DNA of 64,000 bases, from the NCBI GenBank assembly GCA_030295235.1, contig AP026133.1, positions 992,001-1,056,000 of the forward strand. Direction: 5' to 3'. The position numbers and the translations under genes were made by a program. The notes beneath the pieces were generated by a model. It was not told the DNA's origin, made no database searches, and was given only the letters and a program-made list of their open reading frames with translations. The stretch comes from Fistulifera solaris. Lineage: Eukaryota. Shown here piece after piece: positions 1-13,491 of the stretch. Each line of letters opens with the position of its first letter. The first letter of the stretch is position 1.

Positions 1-1430
1 TGATCTTCTTCGCTTCTGTAAATCCCGAAACAAAGCCATTATCCTGAAGTTGAGTGCCTTTTTCGGCTATCAAATATACTGGACGTTTGACGCACGCCTG
101 AACCATCGACAAAAGGAGGGCAGTGAACACTTGAATGTGATTTGGCGCTTGTCTCTTAAGTATGATACTTCCTACGACCGCTTTGTTGAGCTCTTGCAAA
201 GCAGTAGCGGATGAGAACGACGAGTAACGCAGTGGATAGGACCGTAAGGATCTCTTCCCTGTTGGAAGTCGAAGAAGGATTGGGTATATGTCTTCAAGAA
301 TAGTATCTCGATGCGCAGGGTAGCGGCGAAAAGCAGCAGTCACAATGGATATCATACAAAGCTGCAACCGCTGTCCTTCCGAACTATTGTTCGCCGAATT
401 AGAATTGCAGTTGATTTCCAACGCAGGTAGCAGCCCGCTAGTCAGCATGAGTATTTGTTGATCGTCAAGCGGGATAGTGTGAACGATTTGCTCTAACCGT
501 TCCAAGAGTACTTCTTCAGCATTTACGGTCGAAAGAAGATATCGATAAACATTCGAAAGATCATTGATAGGCGGAAGAACGTAGTCGTCCTCTCCCGCAG
601 ATCGTCGACGTTTCTTCGTTGGAGACGAGGTAGAAATATCCTTCATCGGCGTGAGATGGCCCGTCCGATTCAGAGTCGGTATCAAGTGTTTGTTCAAATG
701 CAATCGAGCTAAGGTAATAGCACCTTCAATTGAGTCACCATTCAAAGCTCGGGGATCTACTCCTGGACTCGACGCGATCGAAAGCACTATAGACGCAGCG
801 TCGAGACCGCTCTTGACCACTTGGATCTTCAGTGAACCCGTTTTACGAAGCCACTGGAATTGCGACCTTGTGTGAGATACATAGATGAGTTTGCTCTCGT
901 TTGAAAATGAATTACATACCTGATCAAGTGCTTCCTTATGTCCGTCTTCACCGCGAAGGTTCTCCAATGCTTCCCGAAAAAGTCGATAGCCACGGCATTG
1001 TTGATGTGTCGATCTAACACTTCAAGAAGGCCTAGCAGCTGATCTACTTCAACACTAGCGAATCCTGCATTCTTTTGACCGCGCGTGTCATTCAGAGATG
1101 CACACAAGAGGGATAATTCACTCAGTTCCGGGAGTGTCAATGGTCCTGCATCCAAAGCACGGTTGTGACCGGTCGAATCCTCGTGTCCTTCCGTACAGGC
1201 AACCCGAAGTAAGATACGATTCACCGTATCGGAAAACCTTTTGATGAAAGCGGATCGGAGGATTCCATTTGTTAGATGCTGCATTCAATGGCTTAAGAGA
1301 AGTTTTGCAATGTTTCTGATCATCGTTGTCGAAGCTCCCTCCGACGTTTTCCAGCAAACGCGAAAAGAGCGAGGGGCGGCCAATTTTACCAGGTACCTGG
1401 TACAAGTACAAGCGATCATGTCCATCGCCA
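1..1430 (-). CDS. SCC2: Cohesin loader Scc2/Nipped-B-like protein, 5' part (runs off the window; start codon uncertain; probable intron 867-919)
   Basis: Manual minus-strand translation of 1-866 gives HRDTILEDIYPILLRLPTGKRSLRSY...HIQVFTALLLSMVQACV, matching the NIPBL motifs HRQLILEEIFTSLARLPTSKRSLRNF and IQMVTALVLQLIQCVV. It joins ORF 829-1284 via a GTATGT...AAG intron. Confidence 0.75.
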
Positions 1431-1690
1431 CTTCTAAGTATTTGAGTACACTGAGTACCACTACGCCAACGCCACGATCTTGTTTGGTTTTACTACATCC
1501 ACAATCCACACTACTACTCTTTTCCCACTCTTAAAACTCTAAGACATCTATTTCACCCCCAACAGGACACAGGACGAGACGAGCAGCAGCAATTTAATCA
1601 GACGAAAAGGATTGAAAAAAGCAGATTAAAACAATTAAAGAATCTAAGCTGTTGTGACTGAATTGTTGAGCGACAAAGAGACCCTCAAGC

Positions 1691-3534
1691 ATGTCGCGCA
1701 ATGTTACCTTTGTTGAGGATTATCCCGCTCATGACAAGCCCTTAAACACGGCAAGTCAAGGCGCCAATCTTGCTCATTCGCACTTTCAATTAACTTGTCC
1801 GAATTGCGGCGGCAAAGCTATAGAGCAGCACGAAGCATCCGGCGCTTCTATTTGCATTGAATGTGGTATTGTTGTGGAGGAAAATGCCATTGTCAGTGCT
1901 GTAGAGTTCGTCGAAGGCGCTGGAGGAAGCAGCAACATGGTGGGGCAGTTTGTATCCGCAAGTAGCAGCAAAGCGTACACCGGGGCCGCCGTAGGAAGGC
2001 GATACTCATTCTCCAAAGACTCGAGAGAGACGACACTGGCAAACGGAAGACGCCGCATTCAAGAAGTGGCCAGTCGATTGCGACTTGGTTCGCATTTCGT
2101 CGATGCTGCGCATCGGCTCTTCACCATTGCCGTGGAAAAGAACTTTGTACAGGGTAGGAGAACTATCCACGTTGTAGCAGCCTGCTTATATATTGCTTGT
2201 CGACAAGAAAAGAGTCAACATATGCTGATTGATTTTAGTGACGCTCTTCAAGTCAATGTTTATACCTTGGGGACATGTTTTCTCAAATTCCGTCGCCTAT
2301 TGGGTTTGCAACTCGAAATTATCGATCCGGCGCTTTACATTTATCGTTTTGCGGCACATCTGGACTTGGATGAAAAAGCCAACGCAGTTTCCATGACAGC
2401 ATTACGTTTGGTTGCTAGGATGAAACGAGATTGGATCGTTGCGGGTCGTCGCCCCGCTGGTATCTGTGCCGCGGCACTTCTCATAGCTGCAAGAGTGCAC
2501 GGCTTCTCCAAGCATCATCACGACGTGACAAGAATTTTGAAGGTGTGCGGCATGACAGTCACTAGCCGAGTTAGGGAATTCGAAAAAACACCCAGCGCCC
2601 GCTTAACTTTGGATCAGTTTAGTACAGTGGAGTTGCAGCGCGAAGTCGACCCTCCGGCTTACACTCGGAATAAGATCCAAGAGGCAAGACTGAAGGCCAT
2701 TCAAGATGGAAATGTAGAACTTCTCACGTCGGGTGTTCTTGACGACCCATTCCACTCCAACCCGAAGAAAGCTGCGCAGTGGCGAGAAGAGAGAAACTTC
2801 CCCCCGAAAAGGCAAAGCTGAAGTTACTGTACAATTCGCTCGAAAGCGAGTTGCTCGGGGAAGACGAAAAAATTGTGGAGGGTCTGACGCAAGAGAGTGG
2901 CCTGCTGAAAGAAGACTCGCAAGAATCCGAAGATGCCATAAGTGGTGCTGCTGCAACAGATAAGGAAGTTACATTGACAAAGGTCTCTTGGAGTGATGCG
3001 ATTCCGCGGAATAGTTTGGGAAGGAAAATTATGTTGCACGACCACTCTACGGAGGAAGAGCGCCAAAAGTCAACAACTCCAGTAGAAAGCCATTTGGATC
3101 TGGAATCATGGAAGCAGGGCATGCCAGAGTCAATAAATCAAGAGATCGATTGTTTTTTCAGGACCGAACAAGAAGAGCGGCAGATGGAAGCAATCTTTAA
3201 TAAAGTCAATAAAGATTATCTGATTCAACAAGAGAGAAAAGAGAGCGAGCGATTAAGTGCCGAAGCAGCCGCCGCTGACCAGGAGCGGGAAGATGTGGCT
3301 CAAGCTGAAGGACATGCACGTTATCGAAATAGTAGACGAAAAAGGAAAGGAGCGGCCGCGGATGCCGACCAAACAACAGAAGATCAGCTCATGGCGGTCG
3401 TTTCGGCCCGAAAAGTATCGCGCAAAATTAACTATGACGCGTTATCATCAATCTTTGATGAAAACGGCAGTTTTTCGACTCACATCCTAGACGAGAAGAA
3501 GGAAGCCGAAGATGGTATGTTTGATATGCTATGA
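1691..3534 (+). CDS. BRF1: TFIIIB subunit BRF1 (one frameshift near 2790)
   Basis: Zn ribbon CPNC...CIECG, cyclin repeats (NFVQGRR, DWIVAGRRPAGICAAAL), C-terminal BRF1 block (FNKVNKDYL, KVSRKINYDAL). ORFs 1691-2821 and 2779-3534. Confidence 0.92.
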
Positions 3535-4289
3535 TAGAGTATAGTAAACTCGAGAAAGGCAATAAGCGATGCTAAGGGACAAAGGGCAAAGTCGTCGATT
3601 TGTGCGCACAACAAGCCACAAGCCATGGAGTTTCTAACGAAAATTATGGCCTCTTTAAGAATGATATTTGTCTTCTAGTCTGATACCTGTCGGCTAAAGC
3701 CACCATCGCATCATGCGAATGAATTAGTATCTCTAGTTTTTTGTGGAGAGCTCGAGAACCTTTGCCTTTTTTCGTCTTTGTTCCTGCCAGGGTGTTCTTC
3801 AGGTTTCATTCTTGTTCCTGAAAAGCGGAGTGGCCAACATCTACAAATATACACTGGTGCTCTGTGAAATTTATAGTACTCTAGAACAAGTTACAAATCC
3901 CGACGCAGAAGCAGCCCACACTATGATTCATATTCACAGATTTTCACTCTGTCTAAAAGTATCCGAAGCCAATTCTCGGCGAGCGGCGAGACAGTATAAT
4001 TTTAAATGTCCTGCACGTCTGGCACCTGTGCGGTACAGCTCAGAGCTCAGTAAGATTGACGATGTCAAAGGTACTGTTAATATCTCATATAGCATACAGC
4101 ATCTCACTTCCGAATTGAAAGTAGTCAAGTCATGAGCAAGTACAGTAACAAGAAACAGGCGTTTGATTTTTGATTCTTGGCTGCAAATTGTTGATCTTTG
4201 ATCTCTCCAAAAACAAAACACAAAGCTTGCTCGAGTCGTCTCTTGTTTGCTCTACAAGTGAGCTTTATTTGTAACGATAAAGATATAAG

Positions 4290-6222
4290 ATGTCAACGAT
4301 GGTTTACTTTTTGACTTTTGCCAACGCGTCGCCTATTTTCATGGTAACTGCAGAAGCAGCATCTTTACCCGCTCTGCTCCTCCTCGTTTCTTTTTCAGTG
4401 TTTCTTTTCCGCTGCAGATGTTGGTATGAAATAAATGGTGACAATGTGGAGCAAAAAGAAGCTCCTAGGTGTTCTCGTAGGGGAGACTCTTGCTCTTCTT
4501 TCTGCTTTTGTGGCATCGAAGTTTGCACCGGACGTCGCAAACGTTTCAAGAAATGCGCCAAACGTTGCGAAAAGCGCAAAAAGGTTCGTCGCACGTCCAC
4601 CCTGAAGGGTGCTGGGTAGCAAAAATTTCAAGACAGCTTTTGCAAAGCTTCATCTACCCCCTCCTCTTCCTTACCACCGCAAGAGATCATTGCTTGAACT
4701 GAAATGTGAATTCGAGCATTGCGATGATATGTCGGAAGAATCTCAAGAAATCGTATCAGTGGATCCAAACTTGATGCCGATGAATTGCCAACCGTATCGA
4801 GAAAGTTCACTAAGTGATGTTTCGCTATCGCATTCGATATCAAGCGCCGAGGATGTGATCGACGTTAATGTTTCTACTCCAGGCTTGAAACAAGCGATTC
4901 AATTATCGTATCCGAGAAGTCGAAGCGCATTGATGGACATGGTCCGGATGCAACAGTGGCAATTCATCATTGATTATCCTGCCAAGGACATTCTTCTTGG
5001 TCGTAAGCAGGCGAAGTATCATGATTCAGATGGCCTTTATCCGTTACATTGGGCTTGCTCCGGAGGTCCTCCGTTGTCAATTATTGAAGCATTAATTAAG
5101 AGCTATCCGTCTGCTGCTCGAAAGAGGGATCAGGAAGGATCTACCCCGCTTCACTTTGCAACTCATTATTCGGCTTCGGTTTCTGTCATTGAGAAGCTTC
5201 TTTTGGTGTATCCTGAGGCGGTGAGCATTCAAGACAAATACGGAAGAACGCCCCTTTATCACGCTATCGAGAAGTCTGCCAATATCAACGTAATTCAAGC
5301 GCTTATTCGAGCAGACAAAAACACCACCGTGGTTTCATGTCTCCCTAAGGAACTGCGTGATATTCACAAAGAGCTTGGCAAATACGACGGGGTATTGCGT
5401 CGCGCGATATCCGTACGAACTCCACTATTCTTGGCATGGACGGCTGTTCTTGGTGATGCTCATGCGAGGAAAACGTTTCAAGGAAAGAAGTGGGATAAAG
5501 CGATACATCTGTTGATGGCTGCTTATGAAACCATATTGACCAGCCGTATCGTTGCTACTGACCAAGCACCGCCTCATCGCGTTCCACCTGAACACTTCCT
5601 TCAGGCAGCAATTACTTTGGATATCTTTCTACCAGACGCTGTCGTTCCAATTGCCATAAAAAGCCTTGCGATCGCAACCTCGAAGTCAAAGCCAAGTGAT
5701 GAAGCTACACTGTACAGCGGCGCAGAAATTTTGGCCACGGCGGCCGAGACGGACCATTATTCGGAACAGAGATCAACTGATATAATTCGAATGATCATTG
5801 ACGCCTTCCCTTCTGCAGCTTGTCACTCAACTGCTGGAGGACGGACACCTCTAGGAATAGCAGCTGCAGCTGGAATGTTGTGGAGGCATGGTGCTATGGA
5901 TCTTATTTTCGCTGCGGCGCCTGATGCTGTAAGTCAGGCGGATCCGATGTCAGGGCTTCCTCCTTTTTTGCTTGCTGCAGCCCGTCCAGAAGAGACGAAA
6001 GAATACAACTTCGATTCAAGAAGCTTGAGGTTGTGGCTGGAAAAGAATGATCCATACAATTTGCTGACGCGTAAGGACAGGCAACGCGAACAACAACCGC
6101 CGGTCACATCAGAGGGAGAGATCTTGAAACAGGAGTACGAAACAGCCAAGTTGGAGACAATTTACCAGTTAATTCAGTCTGATCCAACAGTCATATCGCA
6201 CTGTTTACAACAAAATGTATGA
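4290..6222 (+). CDS. Ankyrin-repeat protein (diatom type); 5' end uncertain, probable frameshift near 4608
   Basis: ORF 4609-6222 has ankyrin-like repeats (GLYPLHWAC, GSTPLHFA, GRTPLYHA, GRTPLGIAA) and the typical C-terminal GLPPFLLAAA...LETIYQLIQSDP. Upstream ORF 4290-4619 overlaps in another frame. Confidence 0.75.
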
Positions 6223-7218
6223 TCATGATGACATGCTTTTCTCGCCCAAAAAAGCTTGACAAACTTTGTTCCCCAATATCAACGTAATTTCCTCGCCTCT
6301 CTCTTGAGACGCGGACACATGCCATAAAAATAAATACTCTTATTCAATCTTTTTTTAGAAACGTACCTGGTACGCATTCCGTCTATTCAATAAACGAGAT
6401 AAAGCGCCGCGGAAATCATCGTTGATGGGGTCAATCTCTTTGCAAAGAGACAGACCAGTAACGGATCAATCAAAGAAGCCATTTATCCTTTATAAATATT
6501 CCGAAGGAGATCAGGATCGTTATTACAACATAAACAAAAGAATTATTCTATATCCATCATCTTTCTTGCCGTTTTAGTTTTTGTTTGACATAAAAAAAGT
6601 ACTACGGAGTACTATAATCCCTATGTTTATTTCCAATTTTGACACACGACTGCATTTCAGTCATAAGTAAAAATTGTTTCGAGTATCATTGCCAACTAGT
6701 CTCCGTTCGTTCTCCTAGATTGTTGAGACACACTTTACCCCGAAACGAGGAAATATCTCTCCGTAGCATTTGCAAGCACGCCTTCAATTTTACGTCGAGC
6801 TGCCTTGGAAAATCGTTCTTTCCGAATTACTATAGATTTAAAGTGTAAGCGACCTTTTGTCGCGACTGCATTTCAGTCATGAATTGTGAAATTCCCGCAT
6901 GGACTGCATCCTAACCTTCGTTCCTTTTGCTAGCTAGGTCTGGTATGATATTCTATAAATAAATGCAATTTTATCCTTAGCAATATTCGCAGTGTAAGAA
7001 TCAATCTTTAGTGTTGAATCGGTACGGATCTTTACTTCGTTATTTGCGTTACTTTCACAGTATATCATCGGTATCCCCAATCCCTATGATAAAATAGCAC
7101 TTATTTACCACCACATCTTCAGGACGATGGACGGAGGGACAAAAATCTTGATATTATGCTTTAGCTTAACGTTGACAATAAAGAAATCAAAGTACTTTTT
7201 CTATTCAACAGAACACAA

Positions 7219-10200
7219 ATGAGCAGTAACCCATCACCTGAAGGCCGAGGAGGAGGCAGAGCTGGGGGACGAAAAGGAAGAGGTAGAGGTGGACGACCTG
7301 CGGGGCGCGATGGGGGAGGAGGAAGCAGCAATAGCGGCGGCGATCGCGATGCCGCAAACACCAAGGGTCGAGGAGGTCGCGCCTCATCCAAAGGAGGACG
7401 TGGACGCAACTCGGAGAAGAATTCATGTGGAAAAGTGGGTAGCCAAAGCGGAAACCAGCCCCCTCAACCATCTGTCGATCTAGTCGAGAAACAAAAGCAA
7501 GAAGAGGAAGAGAAACAACGCAGAGAAGCTGAAGCAGAAAGAAAACGGTTTGAGAAAATACAGCGCGAAGCCCTGGAAAAAGAAAGCAAGAAGTCGCGGC
7601 GCTAGAAGAAAGAATGCGCAACGCCATAGACATTGTGAAGCAGTTCACTGACGTGAAAGTACAGCGGCAAGCGAGTCGAAAAGCCATGGCAAATCTGACG
7701 GAAGCTCGAAAGGAATTCGAGTCGAACAAAAAGAAACTGAAGACGGATTTGAAGAAATGCACTGCTTTTGTCAAGAAAATTAGAAGCGGATCTGCGTGGT
7801 CCAATACGAACATTGACACAAATGACGTGGTGAAGGATGTATCAAATCTGAACTTATCACGATACGTAGACGAGATCGTCACTGCAATCGTCGAAAGCAA
7901 GCCCAAGATAGCTGATCTTCCTGTTATTGTGGCGCTCTGCCAGGCACTGCATTTAAGATATGAGGACTTCCTATCAAATCTACTACGGGCTATCTGGAGT
8001 GTGATCAATTCCACCAATGCGGAGACTTCCAAATTGCGCAGGGTATATCTCCGCCTTGTAACACAGCTTCATTTATCTGGTCTTTCGGTCGATGTCAAAC
8101 CTATTGTTAAGTGTATAGCAGAAGCTGCAGGTGCAAAGGACGATAGTTACAACGTACAGGATGCGAACATTATCGTTGCATTTGCGAAAGCTGCGAGTCC
8201 GGATATTTTCGAAATTAGTCCTAAATCTGTTCAAGATTCTTTGGACTTCATGAGGGTGCAACTTGAAAGTAGATCTATATCAGTAACAGGGACATCAGCC
8301 GAAGATGCACCTGAGAAGATGACGGAACAAACACTTGAAAATGATGTCGCTACTCTACCCTCGTTGGTTGTTTCCGCTAACTTGTTGAAAGAAGCTTTTG
8401 AACGAAAGGCATTGCTAGACAGTATGGAAGGCGAAACAGATTTATGGGATCCTGACGATGTTGGAGGGCACAGAATTCTTGTGACTCATTGTAAAGGAGC
8501 CTATAAGGTACTTTCAAACTCGTTGGTACAGACTCATGTCAAGCTTCAGAAATTGGTGAAACGTTGTGACCAAGATAGGCTACTTGCCGGGTCTCTCACA
8601 GAAGCACGCGAAAAGGGCTTAGAAGATGCTCGCAAGCTGAAAGATTCATTGCAAAAAACAGTGGAAGCCCTGGCGGATGTGATGAATCTGGCTGTCCCGA
8701 ACTTACTTGAAGAAGAAGAATCTGATTTCGAGCTCACGAAATCGGCAGGAGTTGAGGTGTGGACCAAAGTTGCAGACGAGGAAGCAGGCGACTTTGGTCC
8801 CTTTGATGACGAGGAGACGAGGGCTTTTTATTGCGACATTCCCGACTTGCTGGCAACTATTCCGCCGGGTTTACTCGGAATGTCAGAAGATGACATTGAA
8901 AGCAAGATTGCTGAGAACGCAGTCAAATATGGTTCTGGCTCTACCAGTGTTGTCTCGAACGAGGATATGACGGTGGAAATCACATCAGTGTCCGAAGAGC
9001 AACTTGACGCTGAAGATGCCGAAGCCGAACAAGACAGAAATGGCGGTGATAACTATCTTGAAGGTATGTACGCAGTATGAATGAGTTTGACTCGCGGCTG
9101 CATCTGTACCAATATCTCACTTAAATTTTTGTAACCAGACGAAGAAAACAAAGATGCTCCGCACTACCGCCTCACAGTGCTGTTGGATCAGGAGCTACCA
9201 GAGTGCAATCGACGCGAACAGGTTGATGATCTCAGCGAACGATTTTGCACCAATCACGGCTCGTCAAAAAATTCGAGAAAACGTCTCACAAAGGCTCTCT
9301 TTCTTGTTCCTCGCTCAAGACTTGACTTGCTCCCCTTTTATGCTAGATTCACAGCTACGGTAGATCGAGTGTGGGGTGAAATTGGCCCGGCCTTGGTTAC
9401 AGAGTTGGAGCAACAATTTCATGGCCAAACCAAGTTCAAGAAGAACTTGAACATTGAATCTCGAATGAGGACAGCCAGGTACATTGGGGAACTGACCAAG
9501 TTTAGAGTGGCTCCGCCGATCGTTTTCCTCCGGTGTATGAAACGTTGTTTGGATGACTTCACTGGGAGCAATGTCGAAATTGCTTGTACCCTCATAGAAA
9601 GTAGTGGCAGATTCTTATATCGCTTACCACATACTTCGACTCATCTTTTAGGCATAATGGAGAGTATGACGAGACTTACTAAAGCGAAGGTACGGTTGCT
9701 ACGTTCTTCTTGTTGCTGACCAACACTGGATACCTCACTTTTGTGAGCTGAACAGAATCTTGATGAACGCTTACAAGGTCTGGTTAATGCTGCTTTATAC
9801 ACCGTGAAACCACCGTTGAAAGGACCTCGAAAGCGAGCTAAAGAGTACCCGCCCTTGGAATCGTACCTGCGTTATTTGTTTTTACTAGACTTTATCCCAC
9901 AAACGCGTCCTGTTCGTTTGTGGCAAAACAGATTGCGCGTCTGCCGTGGCATGACCCAGCACAGGAATGCGGTGCTCTCATTTGCAATTTGATGCTTAAG
10001 GCTGCCCGAAAAGGCAGGTATAAGACGATCCAAGCTATTGCAACTGTGGCAGGGAATCTGAGGACCCAAAAAGCAGCCGGAGAAGCCACCGTACGGCTAA
10101 TTGACGCCGTCCTAGAGGAATTACGATGGGCTATAGAGAAGCCGAACTTTCGTGACCAGCAGAGAGTTATTACGTATGCACGCCTACTTGGAGAACTCTG

Positions 10201-11685
10201 TAGATCTTCTCAGGTTTCTGCACAAATAATTTTGTCTCAGTTGTACGATTTCATTAATGTCGGTCACGAGATACCGGAGTCCCTGCGAGAAGCCAGTCGG
10301 AAGCTACTGTCCGAGCAAAACAACCAATCTGGAGCGGATTCTCCCTTTCCCGTTTACAACTCGAGTAGCGGTGTTTCACAAACTGTTAGGGAAGATGAAG
10401 AAATGGAAGAGCCATTAGAAATAAGAACTGAGCCAGTTGCAGCAGAAGCAAAACCGGTTGCTGTGTCAGAATATTCGAGATTTGACCCTCGAGTACCTTC
10501 CGCTCAAGATCCTCCTAACTCAGCTTATCGTATCAAATTGGTTTGCACACTTTTGGAAGTCTCTGCCAAGCAGCTAGCCTCGCGAAACAACTTATCGCGA
10601 CTGAAGGGATTCTTAACAGCTTTTCAGCGCTATCTTTTCACCAAATCGATGCTACCAACAGATGTTGAATTCGCTTTACTTGACACTTTTGACGCTTTAG
10701 ATTCCCAGTGGCGTCGAGTGGGAAAAGTAGGCAAGTCTGTAGATACGAAGATTATCGGGTTCCCCCGTTACGCAACTTGGTTAGAAGCACATAATGCAAC
10801 TGTTGCCATTGAGGAGGCGGAAGCCTTGTATGAACAACAACAGCGGGCAACGTTAGCGTCAGGGTCAACCCTAATTGGAGACGACGAAGTCGAATCCTTA
10901 TCTTTAGTTGATGCCGACGAAGACGATGAGCCATCGTCCAGTGACGATGAGACGTTGTCAGATGCTCAGGAAAGTTACATTCAGTCTGATAGCGAAAGCC
11001 AAGAATCTGAATCAGAGGGATCGGCAGACTCGGTTGAGGATTTCGAGAACGAGAATGTGTTTGACGAAGAAGCATTTATGCGTCAACTCGAAGAAGAATC
11101 TTTTGAACGCGAATTGCGACGTGTGACAATGGAGGCGCTAGAAAAAGGGAAAAGTGCATCGAGGAAACTTGTCGCGGACTACATGCCCTCCGGTTCACAT
11201 AGCATCAAGAAGAAGCCCGATATTACCGGGAAAGGGGGACCGATGCCAGAAAGTGGATCAACTTCGACAAAGTTTCAAGGGCAGGCATCAGCTTCCAGCT
11301 TTTGAAGAAAGGAAGCAAAGGAAAAGTGGAGGCTAAAGAATTGATTGTGCCAATGGACACCAACCTTGCTCTTGTTGCAACTAAACAAGACGACGAAGCG
11401 GCGAAAGAGCGTGATTTTATTAAACAAAGGGTACTACAGTACGAAGCAGAAAGTGCAGAGTCTGAATACTCCGGCGGTAATGTTTATCTTGAACAAGAAA
11501 AACTACAGGTCATTCGAAATCGTCCTCTTTTGATGGACGATATTGATAAAAATTTCGGTACCAAAGGTGGCAATCTTAGATCCTCCGATAAGCCAGCCGG
11601 ACGAGCAACAGCCCGTCCACCGTTATCAGGCCGTGGAAGAGGTCGCGGACGAAGTAGCTCGAGCGGCAGAACTCTATTCGGATGA
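7219..11685 (+). CDS. UPF2: Nonsense-mediated decay factor UPF2 (MIF4G domains); introns 9064-9138 and 9690-9755; frameshifts near 7595, 9890-9925 and 11290
   Basis: Motifs LKTDLKKCTAFVKKI, LNLSRYVDEIV, PFDDEETRAFY, RLDLLPFYARF, ARYIGELTKF, YRIKLVCTLLE, followed by an acidic tail. The GT-AG introns restore the frame. Confidence 0.92.
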
Positions 11686-11812
11686 GACGCGAGAGACGCT
11701 AATACTCTAAAACTGCCGTATGACCTTTAAATGCCATTTAAGACCAAAGGTCCATCAATTATGTACAATTTACATCTATTTCTTTCGATTTAATTATCAA
11801 TTTCTCTTCGAC

Positions 11813-13491
11813 TTAGTTTTTCCTGCTACCAGCCTTCGACTTCTTGATAGCCCGTTGTTTGTCCTTCTTCTTCATTTTCTCCTTACGCTTCTCGCTCTGA
11901 AGCTCCTTTACAGCTTTCTTGTTTGCTTTTCGATCAGCTTTGTATGCCTGTCGCTCAGCTGCGAGTTGATCCGGCGTCCTGGCAACCTTCACGAACTCCT
12001 CTTTTCCGTCGTCGTCGCCGTCATCATCCTCGGATCCCATCGATTCCGATTCTCCGTCTTGACTTTCCACTTCCATGGCGTTCTCCTTAATATTAAAGTC
12101 TTTATTTTCCGATACAAATAAATTGTCGCTCGTAACGTGCTGAGAGGTCGAAGCATCTGATATTATTGATTGCACTGTTTTCGTCACACTGCTTCCAAGC
12201 TTCATCGAGACAGCATCAACGACGTCTCGGTTCCCAGTCAGCGAAGCAACAGCTTGAGCATAAGTGTCTTCTACTTCTCCCTTCTCCAACTTTTGAATCT
12301 CGTATTCCGCAACTTGATTGAGACTTCGGGGAAGAAAGCTGCTCATGAACACAGCCTCGTCTACAGCTTCTTGCTGCTCCGCCTTTAATTGTTGTTGTTT
12401 GTCTTGGTTGGATAGAAGTGCAATAGATGCGTCTACATGCTGCATGATTGCATCTAGACTGTCGAGCTCAGTCTGTTCCAAGTCGTCTGCCAATGGTGAC
12501 GTAATGAACTCAAAAGCTGACGGGTCGTCATGACATTCAACCGACCGACTTTTCGAAAGTAATCATTGACCGTGGATGCATCTTTTCGCAGGAAATCCAA
12601 CGCAGAGGGATGATCCGATTCAACAGACTGACTCACATCAATGACATAGATTTGGTTGTTGTGCCAGAGTAGATTGTATTCACTTAAATCTCCATGAACG
12701 AGTTTGCATCGCTGGTACAGATGCCTCATAATAAGGACACATTGCACATACGCTTCACGTAGGCGATTTTGACTAAGATTCGTATCTTTGAGGCGAGGTG
12801 ATGGCCAGCCGTCTTTTCCAATAAATTCCATTATCAAAACATGACTTTTCAAGAGAATGGGAGTAGGGCACGGGATGCCAGCTTGAAATATCCTTCTATA
12901 ATTGCGCATTTCTTTCTCAGCCCAGACCTTCACCATTTTTCGTGGATTTGACTTGCAATATCCTTTTCTCCAACGATGTTCCCCAGACACGTACTTGTCT
13001 CGATCCTTAAACACCAAAATACTTGTCTTATAAATCTTGATGGCGTATTCCGCTACCTGTGAGCCTTCGGCTTCATTTAGTTTCGAAGAGCCCGCTTTCG
13101 CGTAGTAAACATTCGCCTCCTTCCCTGTGGATAGACAGCCGTCCACAAGTTCCAGAAACCCGCGACTCAGTAATTTGAAAAGAATGAGGCGAGTGCGCGG
13201 ATCCAACACTTGCTCACTCGTGGCTCGGTCATCGCGACCTGTTGTCAGCGTCCGTTTGTGAGTTTCCAAGTCTTGCATTTTAGCCACCGAATTGGCGACC
13301 TTGTGCGATAGATTCATTTCGCGTTGCCCAAAGTTATTTGTCCCGCTGGATGACTTCGTGTTCAAAAGCTCATCTTCATCGAAATAATCTTCGTCGTCGC
13401 TACTGTCAATATCATAAGTGCGGGAACCCGAAGTAGGTTCATCATCAGGATCGTCGAATTGACCTGGTGCTACTGCCGCTTCGAAGGCCAT
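11813..13491 (-). CDS. RIO1: Serine/threonine kinase RIO1 (frameshift near 12513)
   Basis: [48 protein letters not shown], and a Lys-rich C-terminus (ORF 11813-12493). Confidence 0.95.

Noticed and set aside
7205..8032. Long antisense ORFs over UPF2, the coiled-coil gene and Chk2
   Set aside because: These are shadows of low-complexity coding sequence on the opposite strand with no recognisable domains.
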